A DNA stretch of 63,955 nt, counting the filler, from Craspedostauros australis (Eukaryota): NCBI GenBank assembly GCA_030167865.1. It is 19 parts of 19 records of this genome, joined end to end, with 100 filler letters (N's around TTAATTAATTAA, not from the genome) between each part and the next. Parts side by side here need not be neighbours in the genome. Positions count along the whole stretch, not along the records: positions 24,541 to 37,818 come from JALAGF010001995.1; 18 more parts are not named here. One strand, written 5' to 3'. Positions within the stretch are counted from its first letter, which is position 1. Every line of letters begins with the position of its first letter. The position numbers were made by a program, and so were the translations under genes. Positions 24,976 to 37,476 of the stretch are shown piece after piece. Below the pieces are notes generated by a model, which saw only the letters and a program-made list of their open reading frames with translations, had not been told where the DNA came from and did not search any database.

Positions 24976-25547
24976 AGATCGCTCACACTTTGGGCTAGCC
25001 TTCATCTCCGGGTTCCTCAATTCAGTCAACAATTGTTGGTGATCCGTGATTGCCCTCAACCGCTTCTTGTTGCGACGCGACTATTGCGATCGGTGTCACG
25101 ATGTTTGTCGCTGCGACATGATATGTTCGCTGAATTGGTGAGTATTCAGTGTATCCCTAGCATTTGCTCTTACTTCACACATTCAATATAATGTTTTTTA
25201 TTGTTTGTTGCTAGGGATGTGCGTTGAGTTGGCCCGTTTCTTCGTGCTCACAAAACCAGCCATTGCGCATGTCGCACCAACACGGACAACAACAGGAGAA
25301 TTTGCATCCAACCGCAGAGAGATCTGGATGCAACTTGGTCATGTGCGTCCAACGCCAATGCCAACGCCAACATCAACATCAAAGACAACAACGCTCATGA
25401 ACATTCTCACCTTCGCATTCGTCTCCAACACAGAGTATTCCAATCACAATCGCCATTACGAGTGACAACAGCGTCAAGAACAGATCAAACAGTAGGTAGG
25501 ACTCTGCTGCATCCAATACCAATACAAATACCAACGGCAAAAGCAAC

Positions 25548-27095
25548 ATGGAAGATATGAGGGACGATGCTGCAATGATGAGCAAGGAGTCGGATGATGC
25601 CGCCAGCAACGACTACCACAGCAACAACAACAACCTCAAGGTGTCGGAGTTGGAGGCCATCGATGACATCTGCAAGGGCACCGTGTACGCCAGTCTGGCG
25701 ATCACAGACAACAAGAAGCGCACGCTGCGCAAGATCTCCAAGGCCAACCCGTGGCACGAGCAGGCCCTCAAGATGATCACGGGCGGTGACACGCGCATGG
25801 CCCATTCGTCGCTGGAAAAGCTGCTGGACTCCACCATGGGACTCACGCTGGACAAGCTCATCGATGTGCAGGGAGTGACTCCGGGCGGCCACTTCCTCGA
25901 CACGCAGGGTTACATCGCGCACGATGACAAGCAGATCATCCTGAGCTACCGATGCACGACGTCTGCCTTCGACTGGCTGACCAACTTCAACACGACATCA
26001 TCCGCATGGGAGGTCAAGGAGGATGCCGAACAGGGATTCAGTGGTTTCTGCTCCGGTTTCTCGGGTTTGTGCTGCCATCCCGATGGATACCGCCCGCGCG
26101 TTCACACGGGATTTTACAACAACTTCCTTTGCTCCATCCCGCACATCAGGGAGTACATCGACCCGCTGCTGCGTCCCGATCAACCGCCGCGCAAGCTGTA
26201 CGTCGTGGGCCATTCGCTCGGTGCCGGAATCGCCACGCTGGCCGGTTGCTACTTCGCTTTGGAGTACGATTGGAATGAGCTGCCGCACACGCTCATCAAC
26301 GTGACGGCTGGCAGTCCGCGTGCCTGCTGCACGTCCATGAAGGACCTCATGGAGGAGCGCCTCAAGATGCTGTCGCCGCTCAAATGCCGGTTGTACCGTG
26401 TGCGATGCGGCAAGGACGTGGTCTGCAACGTGCCGCCCAAGTCGTTGGGATTCCGTCATCTCGTTGATTCGACCAAGCTGGAAGATGGACAGATCTACTG
26501 GGACAAGGCCAGCCGCGCCTCGAACTCGCCGGCCGCACAGTCCGCGATGGACGCAGAAGAGAACGAACCGCGCATGGAAGCGCATGATGATCTCAGCAGT
26601 CTCATGGCGGTCGCCGAGGATGTGCATCGCAGCGACAACAAGGATGATCCAGATGAACGTTATCAACGATTCGTCGCCAAGATTCCGTTGAGCTTGCGTC
26701 ATCACATGCCCGATGCGTACCTCACGCCGTTGATGGCGGCGCGGGGTGTGCGACATGGACAAGATCTGTGCATGCCACCATTGATCATGGAAAGAACGGA
26801 CGGCCGTCGCATGTACAGGACGATGGGCGGTGACGACGACAGCGACGATGCCAACAACAACAACAACAAAAATAAGGATGTTGCCAACATGGATGATTAC
26901 AACTTCACTGAGACGGAATCGGAAGTGAGTGATAAGCGGCCCTCGTTCCGACGCGGTCTGCTGAAGACCTTCTCCCCGAAGAAGTCGCAGAAGGAAGGCA
27001 GCCGTTCCTGGTTATCGCTCTTCGGACGCAGTGGCAACAAGAAATCCAACGTGGGGTCCCCAGAGATGCTCATCGCCGATCATGCCATGGCATAG
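25548..27095 (+). CDS. Class 3 (fungal-type) lipase, 515 aa
   Basis: LSYRCT (RGT-like), RVHTGF, VVGHSLGAGIA nucleophile elbow, AGSPR, DVVCNVPP, HHM..Y catalytic His region; strong coding codon bias. Confidence 0.9.
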   Translation: MEDMRDDAAMMSKESDDAASNDYHSNNNNLKVSELEAIDDICKGTVYASLAITDNKKRTLRKISKANPWHEQALKMITGGDTRMAHSSLEKLLDSTMGLTLDKLIDVQGVTPGGHFLDTQGYIAHDDKQIILSYRCTTSAFDWLTNFNTTSSAWEVKEDAEQGFSGFCSGFSGLCCHPDGYRPRVHTGFYNNFLCSIPHIREYIDPLLRPDQPPRKLYVVGHSLGAGIATLAGCYFALEYDWNELPHTLINVTAGSPRACCTSMKDLMEERLKMLSPLKCRLYRVRCGKDVVCNVPPKSLGFRHLVDSTKLEDGQIYWDKASRASNSPAAQSAMDAEENEPRMEAHDDLSSLMAVAEDVHRSDNKDDPDERYQRFVAKIPLSLRHHMPDAYLTPLMAARGVRHGQDLCMPPLIMERTDGRRMYRTMGGDDDSDDANNNNNKNKDVANMDDYNFTETESEVSDKRPSFRRGLLKTFSPKKSQKEGSRSWLSLFGRSGNKKSNVGSPEMLIADHAMA

Positions 27096-27781
27096 GTGCT
27101 GCATGGCATGGTACGGATAGAGATGGGCGGATCATGCAACGATACGATCGTTGAGTGATGGGATGTGCAGGGACGGAAGACTCGCAGTTGTACCTGGATT
27201 TGTGTGGGAAAGAAAAATGAAGTGTACCTACTCTCGTCGTAATAGTAGAGTAGAGTATCGCATGGTGTCACAAGACCACATACGCACACAAAAAGATGAT
27301 CGTAATGCATGTCATGGTCCACATAGATGGATGAGTTAGTCGTTCTAGGTAAAGCAATACTCTAACGATGATGAACACTGCATCTGCACACTTGGCAAGT
27401 CTGATGAAAAAGAGTGTCGACCAAACGTACCATACAGTACGGAGAGTAGCATACTCGAACGTTCCGAACAAATTACGTATTCAAAGGTTGTCACTGTTCT
27501 TTCTATTCCTAATTGTTGCTTGTTCTTATGAATAATGCTTGTAATATATTATACGTGTACACACATACATGAAAGGCTTGGTAGCCACGGCACTCTCTAT
27601 TGATTGATCCCTTCATTGATTCAATCTCGCATTCATACGTTCATGAAATCTGTAGCCGCCCTTTCCACAAAGTCGCACATGTGCGACTTGGGGCGTGGTG
27701 TCGCATCCATCTCGTGAAGATCCAGATGCGATCCATTGACTATTCCCGTTGTCGTCGGAATAATGCGATGCATAGCGTCGA

Positions 27782-29450
27782 TTACTGCGCACAGTCCGAC
27801 GTGAGATAATCATTCCAATCGAATCGGACCTTGTCGATCTTGGCCTGGACCTTGGCCGGATCGCTGCCGTACTTGTGGGCCATGTACTCCGGCAGCTTGG
27901 ACGCCAGAATCTCCTGTCCCAAATTGAGGCCCGCGATGTTGTCGGTGTAGTAATGCACGCCGGCGATGGTGCGCGCGTAGGCCACGGCGTAATCGACGGC
28001 CTTGACTTCGCACATCTGCTGGGGCGTGAGATCCAGCACGACGGCCAACCACAACGATGCTGCGCTGGAGGCCGAGTGCATGGCCGGGAAGGAGGGATGC
28101 TCCGGTGAACCTGTCGCGTACGCCGTGAAGTCCTGCATGCGCTCGACATCAAAGTTGTTCTTGATGCCATCGATGATGTACTGCGGCACGCCGTCGGCTG
28201 CCGTCAGGTCGTCGTTGTAGATCTTCCACATGACCTCCTCGGGTCGCGGACGTCCGATGTGCCACTTCGTCTGGAAGTTCTGCGGTCCGACGACGCCGAA
28301 GGCCCACGTGCACATGTCGGCCAGCACGACCATGCCGCGGATGAAGGCCGCCGCCGATTTGATGGGCACGATGTCGCGGTCGATGTTGGCGCAGTTCGGG
28401 CAGTTCATGAGGTACTTGCGATCCAAGGCGCCGCCGAAGAGCTGCGTGATGAGCGCGACGTGGTGGATGCCCGGGTACTCGTCGTTGACGGCCTGGGCGA
28501 CCTGCTCGATGGTGTAGCCGCTCCAGATCTGCGGCAATTTGAGGTACTGCTCGATGTCCTCGTTGTTCCGTCGGTGAATCTGCAGGACGACGACTTCCCA
28601 CAGCTCATGCCAGAAGTCGGATTCCGGGTCGTTGTTGGGAAATGTGACGGCCACCTTGGTGGATCGGATGAGATCGCCCATACCGAGCACACACTCGTCG
28701 CAGTCCTGATCCATGTAGACGCTGATGGCACCAGTTTCGTCGCGCAGCCTGTTGGCCATTTGCATGTTGAGAGGATAGTCGGCGACGCCCAGCTCGATGT
28801 ATTCCGGATCATCCGTGAGCCAGTACGGCGGATCGAGCTTGGGGTTCTTGCTAAATCGCAAACCCAGATCGCCAGCACCCGTCGCGACGAAGCCTTCCTG
28901 CACTCCGGCTGGTTGCACGATGGGCGCCAAAGGGACGCCGGTGTCGGACTTTGTCTTCTTGGATGGGGGCTCTGGTGATCCCATCTTGTTCATCTTGGAG
29001 TCTTCCTGGACGCGGCGTTGCTTCAGCTTCCTCGTGCTCCTCACTGCGGTGGTATGGAGGTCTGCGGCGAGATCGAACGTCTCCAACGCAGGCTGATATG
29101 TCATGGGAGCAGCGTTTCGCAGCATGGGCGGGTAGATGGATGGTGATGATCGTGATCATCATCATGGTCGCAATGATTTGGCGCATGGAATTGAAAGGAA
29201 ACATGTTGTGCATATTGCATGTGAGAGGTGTGGAGGTTGGAAGCAGTAGTCAATCATCTGTTCTGTTCTGCTCTTGTGCCATTGTCATCAGTGGGACGCA
29301 TGCATGCTATCAGCATCACTCGTCCGTTTGCTGAGCAATGATGAAGCTCGGCAGCATCGGTCCTCCATCCTGCCACCCACGTACCAGGTTGTCGGCGATC
29401 ACCGCCTGAAGGGCGCCCGCAATAACGAGAGGCACGATCTTGTTGAACAT
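27782..29450 (-). CDS. Secreted vanadium-dependent haloperoxidase-like / PAP2-superfamily protein 1; complement(join(27782..29092,29385..29450)), ~458 aa
   Basis: Signal exon MFNKIVPLVIAGALQAVIA-DNL, phase-0 gtacgt..atcag intron. Motifs KWHIGRPRP, HPSFPAMHS, RTIAGVHYYTD. Confidence 0.85.
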
Positions 29451-31179
29451 CTTGATGGAGCTTGCACAAGTATGTGTGGTACGAGTATGTGTATGTGTGG
29501 TGGTGGTGATTGATCTCCGAATCGAAAGAAAATGGAAGGGTCATGAAGGCGGTGGTCCTCTCTTGTGAATCGCTTCGTTGGGTCCTTCAACACTGTGGAC
29601 ACCGTTCGCGTTGGAGCAAAAGTTCTGGTTGCGCTTGTTGGTGTTGTTGGTGTTGTTGGTGGTGCTGATGGCAGCGCAATGACCTTTGACTATTACTGGG
29701 ACTGTTGTTGTCGGCTTCTCGATGGGCAACAAAAATGCGCCGACATCACAAAATGTGGGTACGGTGGCGCACAGGTCCAATGATCACAAATGCAGTGACT
29801 CGTGTGCCATGGCGCAAATCGGCAATTGTGGTTAACCTGCACGGTCGCAACAACTCGGTTGCGACAACGGAAGCGATACACATGATCAGGCACCCCGAAT
29901 CCGAGCGTCCTATCCGTGTCTCACTTTCCGCGTACCGCCAAGACTCATGTCCAATTTTTTTGCAACCGCGCACAAAATTGTGCCGGGTGGGTCTGTTTTT
30001 ATCGACAAAAACTTGCTGGAATTGTTCTTTGGACCGGTTTTGGCCCCAAAAAGCTTGGTTTGTGCCACGTTATCCTGTCCGGATGGGTTCGTGTCGAATC
30101 GACGAAAATTTTGGATCATCGCGCACGTTTCCGTTGATGGTGGCCAACGCTCGCTTCGCAGCGTGTTGAAACAGCCACCAACGGACTTCTCAACGGTAAC
30201 GTCGTTGTCAACGACAACGCGGGCGACGTTGCCATCGCGTGCTCTTCGTCAACAGTGTTTGAACGGCGAAGGCGATGTCAACAGCAACCAATTCTTCCAG
30301 AAACTAGCCGGCAAGGGGAGAATTCGAAAAGAGGCGACATAGGCTGATGTCCCAAGCTAGAGGAAATGATGAAACACGACCTAACTTGTGTCACAACCCG
30401 TGGAACGCCATCACCTCTCATGCCAATGATGGTGTGGATGATAGGGGAAGGAGACAAATGGGAGCGTGCACAACGGGTCGTGGTGAAAGACACGTGCATG
30501 CGCTCGATGTGTAGTCGTAACTTGTGCTAACTCTTATGCTGTACGTGTAGATCGTTGTGGAGAACGGTGGATACCAGAGGTAGAGTGTGGGAGGGTACAG
30601 CGACAACCTTCAATTGTCTCTGACTGTTTCGTATAGAGTAGCTCGTACTATTATGTTATATTGTATTATATGTATTCTGCTTCATGTATTCTGAGGATTG
30701 CATCGATCTCGTCTTCTGCTGTCCAACGCCGTGACCATCTCCTCTCTGTTGCTCACTTGTGGCACCAAGCACTCCACCTCTCTGTACTGGCATGGGTGAT
30801 TGTACTCTCCTTTGCCGTACCAGTTGGCATTCCCACAGGATTGGGAAGCGCAACTTCCTCCGCTCCGCTCGATCACATCATTCTGCGTCCTGTTGCATTC
30901 GGCAGTTTGTTCTTTCCGATGGTGAGTTGATTCGCTGGTTCGTTCGCTCAAGCACTCATGCTCTGCACAGTGCCCTGGTTGTGACCAGCTTGTTTGTTTC
31001 TGTGTGTTTGTTTCTGTGTATTCGTGTGTATTGTATCCGTTTTGGATTATGATTTCATTTTCTCATTGTGGTGCAAAGCAATGCACTGTAAAGCGCATGG
31101 CATTCACACACACGTGCGACTCTGCCTATGCATCAATCGTTGCAAGTAGGTTTGCAGCAGCCACCTGCCGAAGTGATGC

Positions 31180-32798
31180 TTAGAGACTGTTGACGACGCA
31201 CTCTGAGGTGAGGTAGTCGTTCCAATCGAGGCGGACTCTCTTGATCTTCTCTTCGACCTTCTTCGGATCGCTGCCGTACATGTCAGCCAAGTATTGTGGC
31301 AGCTTGGATGCGAGAATCTCCTGTCCCAAATTCAACCCTGCGATGTTGTCGGTGTAGTAGTGAACGCCTGCGATGGTGCGAGCGTAGGCGACGGCGTAGT
31401 CCACTGCCCTGATTTCGCACAGCTGCTCGTCCGTGAGATTCAACACGAGCGCCAACCACATGGAGGATGCGCTGGCGGCAGAGTGCATGGCCGGGAAGGA
31501 GGGATGCTCCGGTGAACCTGTCGCGTACGCTGTGAAATCTTGCATGCGGTCGAGTTCGAAGTTGTCCTTCACCATGTCGATGATGTACTGCGGCACGCCG
31601 TCGGCCGCCGTCAGGTCGTTGTTGTAGATCTTCCACACCACCTCCTCGGGACGTGGACGTCCGACGTGCCACTTAGTTTGGAAGTTCTGTGGGCCGACCG
31701 CGCGGATCATCCATGTGCACATGTCCGCCAGCATGACGATGCCACGGATGAATGCGGCGGACGATTGGATCGGGATGATGTCGCGATCGACGGAGACGCA
31801 GTCCTCGCAGTTGTTGGTGAAGGTGCGATCGAGCGCACCGCCGAAGAGCCCGCTGATGAGGTTGACGTGATGGATACCGGGGTACTCGTCGTGGACGGCC
31901 TGGGCGACGTCTTCGATGTTGTAGCCTCCCCAGATCTGCGGCAGCTTCAGGTACTTCTCCACATCCTCGTTATTGTTTCTGTGGATCTGCATGACGATCA
32001 CCTCCGACAGCTCATGCCAATAGGCGGATTCCGGATCCTTGCTGGGATACGTGATCGCAACCTTCGTCGATTTGATGAGACCATCCATGTCGAGCGCGCA
32101 CTCATCGCAATCGTCCTTTTGGTAGACGCTGATTGCGCCGGTCTTGCTACGCAGCGCTTTCGCCGTTTCGTGAGTGATGGGGAAGTCGCCAGCACCCAGC
32201 GTCATGTAGTCCGGGTTGCCACCTTCCCAATACCTCGATTCGATTGTCGGGTTCTTGCTGAATCGCAACCCCATGTCATCGCGGTTTTCCTCGATGAAAC
32301 CGAAGTCAACACCAGTGGGTTGCACGATCGGTGGCAGCGCACGCTGGCCAGGACCATCCCTGGCCTGATTGGTTTGCTCTCTGCCCCTCTTCTGATCCCC
32401 CTGTGCTCGACTGCCGCCGAGCCTCCTCACATTTCCATGGACAACCGACCGCTTCTCCGAGTCCAACTCGGACGCATCCAGTCGAGTCTGATTATGAAGC
32501 GAATGGCATGAGGAACAAATGGGAACACAGAAGGCAATGCGTTCGGGGATGGCGTGATGTGATGCGTGTGAGCGAACCAGCTACGAGTCACATGTGCTTG
32601 ATGGATTGATTGCAGAATCGCACGCGTCCGTGGAAACATTTGGTACTCGTATCGCTTGCGATCATCATTACAAGTGGAGCAGAAATAGCAATTGGGCACT
32701 GTACAATACTCTTTTTCACTCACCGCCGTCAAACCGTCGGCCGTAGCAATGCTGAAGGTGCTGGCGAGAAGGAGAGGGATGAGTTTGTTGAAGATCAT
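31180..32798 (-). CDS. Secreted vanadium-dependent haloperoxidase-like / PAP2-superfamily protein 2; complement(join(31180..32487,32724..32798)), ~460 aa
   Basis: Signal exon MIFNKLIPLLLASTFSIATA-DG, phase-0 gtgagt..atcag intron. Motifs KWHVGRPRP, HPSFPAMHS, RTIAGVHYYTD. Confidence 0.85.
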
Positions 32799-33715
32799 GG
32801 TGGAATGTTCGTGTGGTGTACGTCGTGTTCGTGATGAGCTGTGTGTGATTTGATGGACTTTCGTCGTGGTTGTAGTTCGATTGTATTGCAGTTGTGGTTG
32901 CTGATGATGTTCGATGATCCAGTTTTATGAGCTCTCCAGCCCTGCCGCTTCAACCATCCACTTTGACACCTGTTGCCAGTTCTCGCGATTCCATTGCTAT
33001 TGCTGTTCGTACTGCAACGGGTTCTGCGATTTGTTCCTCTTCCTCTGCGTTTGTTTGTCGCAAGTCAGGAGGTTCCTCCCCCTGTGGTCTCCTGTTGATG
33101 CACCGCTAACGCACGATTGTACTGGCACGTTGTCCGATGCTGAATGCTTGATGCCGCATACTGCTTGCGATGCTGATTGAGACCGCTTCGAGCATGATTC
33201 TTGGTTGAGAAGCTCTCCAATGGTACAGCGATTGTGCGACCAGGGGTGCAAGGTGACTCTGTGGCGAGAGGAAGTGGAGGTAACCAGGGAGCCCCATAAA
33301 TGGAGCGAAAAGGAGGTTAGATGTGTATTTCTCGCACAACCAGGATCCCAAAAAGTGAGGCGAAAGAGATGGTGGTGTTGGTGCGAAGTGTGAGTCAAGT
33401 GTGTTGACATGTTACAAGCGGGCAAGAGACAGGTGAATGAAAAACGGGGATGCAACAGGTGAATCGCAATCAGCGCAAGCGAAGTGCAACTGAAGTGAAG
33501 TGTGAGTGACTGTAAGGTGCCTGGGACGGTGGCGACGGTGGCGATGGTGATCGTGCGGCGCATCATACCCAGTTGCGATTTTGTTCGTCTTTGAATCATG
33601 GATTGGTGACTGGTGTAGATAGTCGTATTTGTGGAAAGAGAGAGAGAGAAATAGGAGACGTCATCCTTCAAATTGGACAATTGAAGCCGACAGTTGTGTT
33701 GTCGAGGGAGATGAG

Positions 33716-33760
<45 letters not shown>
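33716..33760. repeat. (GTC)n microsatellite
   Basis: About 15 perfect GTC units in the intergenic region. Confidence 0.9.
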
Positions 33761-33768
<8 letters not shown>

Positions 33769-35008
33769 TGTTGGTGGTGTCGTCCATATCTTCACTCATC
33801 ACAATCTGATACCATAGCAGTCCCAACAACATGGCACCGACAAACCGTGCATTTTGTGAGCGTTGCACTCAACATCACGGCGCGAATGGGACACGACGCG
33901 GATACGAATAATTCTGGTGTTGGTGATCGTGATGACGTCACACGGTCATCAGACGCAGAAGCAGCTGGCACATCATCAACGGATCAACGGTTGCATCCGC
34001 TTCTCTGCATGCTATCTTTGTCTCGTTTACGTCGTATCTATGTCGTGTGACACAACCAGCGTCAACGAAGAATGCAAGTCCGGGAATGGAATTCAATCAC
34101 ACCATCACAACTTGAGAAGCGCGGTACCCTCCGCAGCCAGACGAAGGCGAAACCATCCTTTCTCTCCAATCACTCCCACGATCCACTTCGCAGCGGCATC
34201 AAGGCGGACTATGCATCCAAAGCATTCAGGAGGGAATGGACGTGTTCGTGTGATGCATACACGTACCTGTATGATCGTATCGTCGAGTTCTCGTGCGTGT
34301 CGTGCGAAAAAGAGCTGCGGGTGTCACAACCACGGCAAGTGCACAGAGAGCGCTGTGGATCGCCGTGAGTTCCACACGTATTCGTCCTCCCCAGACATCC
34401 TCTCCTCCTCTTGTGGCCGGTCCGATTGCAATTTCTGCTCCTGCGAAGTTCTCCGCAGGTCGCGCCGGAACGATCACAATGAGAAGCGTGGAAGCTGCAT
34501 TGCGGTTTGGAACTCCGACCATGCAGGATGGCATGAGTTGCTTGGGAGAGCATGCTCCGACTGCTACGAGCTCGTACTGTGGTCGGCAGATTTATGACTG
34601 ACGATATGTATTAGTATGTGTGTGTGTTGGGTGCAGAAGGCCAGGGATGACAATCTCCATTGACGAATGATCAACGGAGGTTTCGTCCATTCCACCCATC
34701 TTCCATGCCTTGGCTTGTCCGGATCACATGCCGATGTTCCATCGCTGTTAGGAGCTTTTGCGTTCACAGGCATGGGGGGAATGACGATAGCAATCTCTGC
34801 TCCGTGATGTGTGCGTCCTTGGCATGGAGCGGGATCTACTTTGCTTCTCGTCGTGGTTGTTGCTGTTGTTGTCGTCGTCGTCGTCGTCGTCGTGTGACTA
34901 TTGATATGGGTGGTTTGTGCATAATAATTTATATTATATAATAATGTTATTCGATCTAAGTTTGTGATGCTGTCATCGGCAGGCCATCGTCAACAACAGG
35001 AACCCATG

Positions 35009-36977
35009 TCATCTAGAGGCTGCTGGGAAACAGTCCGATGTGAGGTAGTCATTCCAATCGAAGCGCAGCATGTCGATCTTTGCCTGCACGGCGGCCTTGT
35101 CGCTGCCGTACTTCTGTTCGAAGTACTCTGGCATCTCGCGGGCCAGGATCTCCTGTCCGAGGTTGAGTCCGGCAATGTTGTCGGTGTAGTAATGGACGCC
35201 GGCGACTGTACGAGCGTAGGCGATGGCGTAATCCACGGCCTTGGCTTCGCAAATCTGCTCAGGCGTGAGATCGAGGACGACAGCCAACCACAGGGAGGCG
35301 GAGCTCGAAGCGGAGTGCATGGCGGGGAAGGCTGGGTGGGTTGGTGCGCCGACCTCGTAGGCGGTGAACTCCTGCATGCGGGTGACGTCAAAGTTGTTCT
35401 TGATACCATCGATGATATACTGTGGCACGCCGTCGGCGCTGGTGAGCTCGCCGGTGTAGATCTTCCACATGATCTCCTCCGGGCGTGGGCGGCCGATGTG
35501 CCACTTGGTCTGAAAGTTCTGTGGCGCGACGACGCCGAAGGCCCAGGTGACGAGACCGGAGAGCATGGCGATGCCGTGCACGAAAGATGCACTCGATTCG
35601 ATCGGGATGATGGAGCGGTCCACGCCTGCGCAGGTTGGGCAGTTGTTGGTGAAGGTTCGGTCCAAGCCACCGCCGAAGAGCTGGCCAAGGAGGGCGACGT
35701 GGTGGGTTCCAGGGTACTCGTCGTTGACGGCCTGGGCGACGTCTTCGATGGAGAAGCCGGTCCAGATCTGCGGCAGCTTGAGGAATCGTGTCGGATCCGC
35801 ATCATTCATTCGGTAGATCTGCAGAGCAGTCACCTCCCAGAGCTCGTCCCAGAAGTCGGAGTCGGAGTCGCTGCTGGGGAAGGTCGCTTCGACCTTGGTG
35901 GACTTGACGAGATCTTCGATGCTGATCTCACATACCTTGCAATCCTGCTCGAGGATGATGCTGATGCCGCTAGTCATCGAGCGAACGACGTTGCCCTTCT
36001 CCAGCGTGAGGGGGAAGTCGCCGGCCACGAGCTCCAGGAATGGAGAGCCCGTGGCTGGTGGATTGATCAATGGGTTCTTGCTGAAGCGCAATCCCAGATC
36101 ATTTGGATTGTTCTCGATGAATCCATCTGGGACGCCTGCTGGCTGCACGATCGGTGCCAGCTCGAGGCTCGTAGTCGGGGTGGACTTCGTCTTCTTTGAG
36201 GCTTCCATCGTCGCCTCCTCCTTGTTCATCTTTGTTTCCCGAGGTCGGCGCTGCTTCGTCTTCCTCAGGGTCCTGAGCGATGTGGTGCGATTCTCTGACA
36301 GGGATTTAGCGGTGTCCAATCGAGTCTACTCGTCAGTAGGGTGAGCATGGTTTTATTGGTGCCGAGTGGATTGACGGATAAGGTGTGACAGAATGTGACA
36401 TGGCGCGATGTGGATCGCCAAGCAGAGGCGAAGACACATACATTGTGGGCGTCGTCATGGTGTTGGTAAACAGTCATGAAGGTGCATCGTTTTGTGAGTG
36501 AGGTGTGCATTCGACGTTCGTTGATTGAAAAGAGGCACACTAGGGACATCAGGTCGAGTTCTTTGACACATGTGATGAACCCAAGCATGAGGAGATGGCA
36601 CTGGCATGGCACTGGGATACCCTCCAGTTGCGTCATGCGTGCATGCATCACTGCTGAATTGTGTTCGTGCTGTCTCATCTCGTTCTCCAACGCATCCATT
36701 CGTTTGTGTGGCATGAAGCACGGAGTGTGCTCATGCAGTGGTGGAAATGGACCAACCGACCATCCGATGATGTTGGCAAACCGCTGGTGAAGCCAAGGCA
36801 GCACAACGCAGTACTCCAGAGTACAACACGTTGCAACACAAGTGAAGACAAAACCACCGGTAATCAGGCCAGACCAGGCACAGCTTTTGGGCGCTCACTT
36901 ACTGCTGAGGGTGTGTCGGCCGCAGCCACATGGAAAGCTCCGGCTATGACGAAGGGGATGAGTTTGTTGCAGATCAT
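35009..36977 (-). CDS. Secreted vanadium-dependent haloperoxidase-like / PAP2-superfamily protein 3; complement(join(35009..36325,36903..36977)), ~463 aa
   Basis: Signal exon MICNKLIPFVIAGAFHVAAA-DT, phase-0 gtaagt..ctgacgagtag intron. Motifs KWHIGRPRP, HPAFPAMHS, RTVAGVHYYTD. Confidence 0.85.
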
Positions 36978-37363
36978 GATGATGAGATGTGGGTATGTGG
37001 GCGTGGGCGTGGGTATTTGCTCGTGCTGTGTGGATGTGCAGGCGTGGTGGATTTGGTTTATGAGGATGTGAAGTCTGCTTTTGTTTTTCGCTGAATTTCA
37101 GATTGCGTATTGTCGTCTTGATGAGTGTGTGTGTGTGGGCGTGCGGGCGACACAAGAGAGAGAGAGAGAGAGAGAAGTCCAAATTGCAGTCTGCAAGTGG
37201 AGTATGGCACTGTGACGAGAACGCGTAGGAATGGAACCAAGTGGGAAGTAATCTGAGTGGGTCGGCACGGAGATGCGTATGTAGAGTGTGTGTGCTTGTT
37301 GATATGGTGGGTGAAGTACGAGTATGACAGGTATGAGAATGAGTCAAACACTGCAAGTAGTGG

Positions 37364-37398
<35 letters not shown>

Positions 37399-37476
37399 GA
37401 AGATTGTGACTTTGATGAAGATCACACAACTCGCATGCCGATGTCGGCAATGTTGCTGCAAGATCGTGGAGAATAT

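Noticed and set aside
29885..30350. MITE between haloperoxidase-like genes 1 and 2
   Set aside because: Has TE-like A/T-run texture, but no TIR pair, TSD or second copy could be found by eye.
30661..30951. Small membrane or Cys-rich protein within the haloperoxidase cluster
   Set aside because: Short ORFs on both strands with no codon-bias or motif support.
34964..36199. Long plus-strand ORFs opposite the haloperoxidase-like genes (also 28259-28978, 31540-32511)
   Set aside because: Antisense shadows of GC3-rich coding sequence; no motifs.
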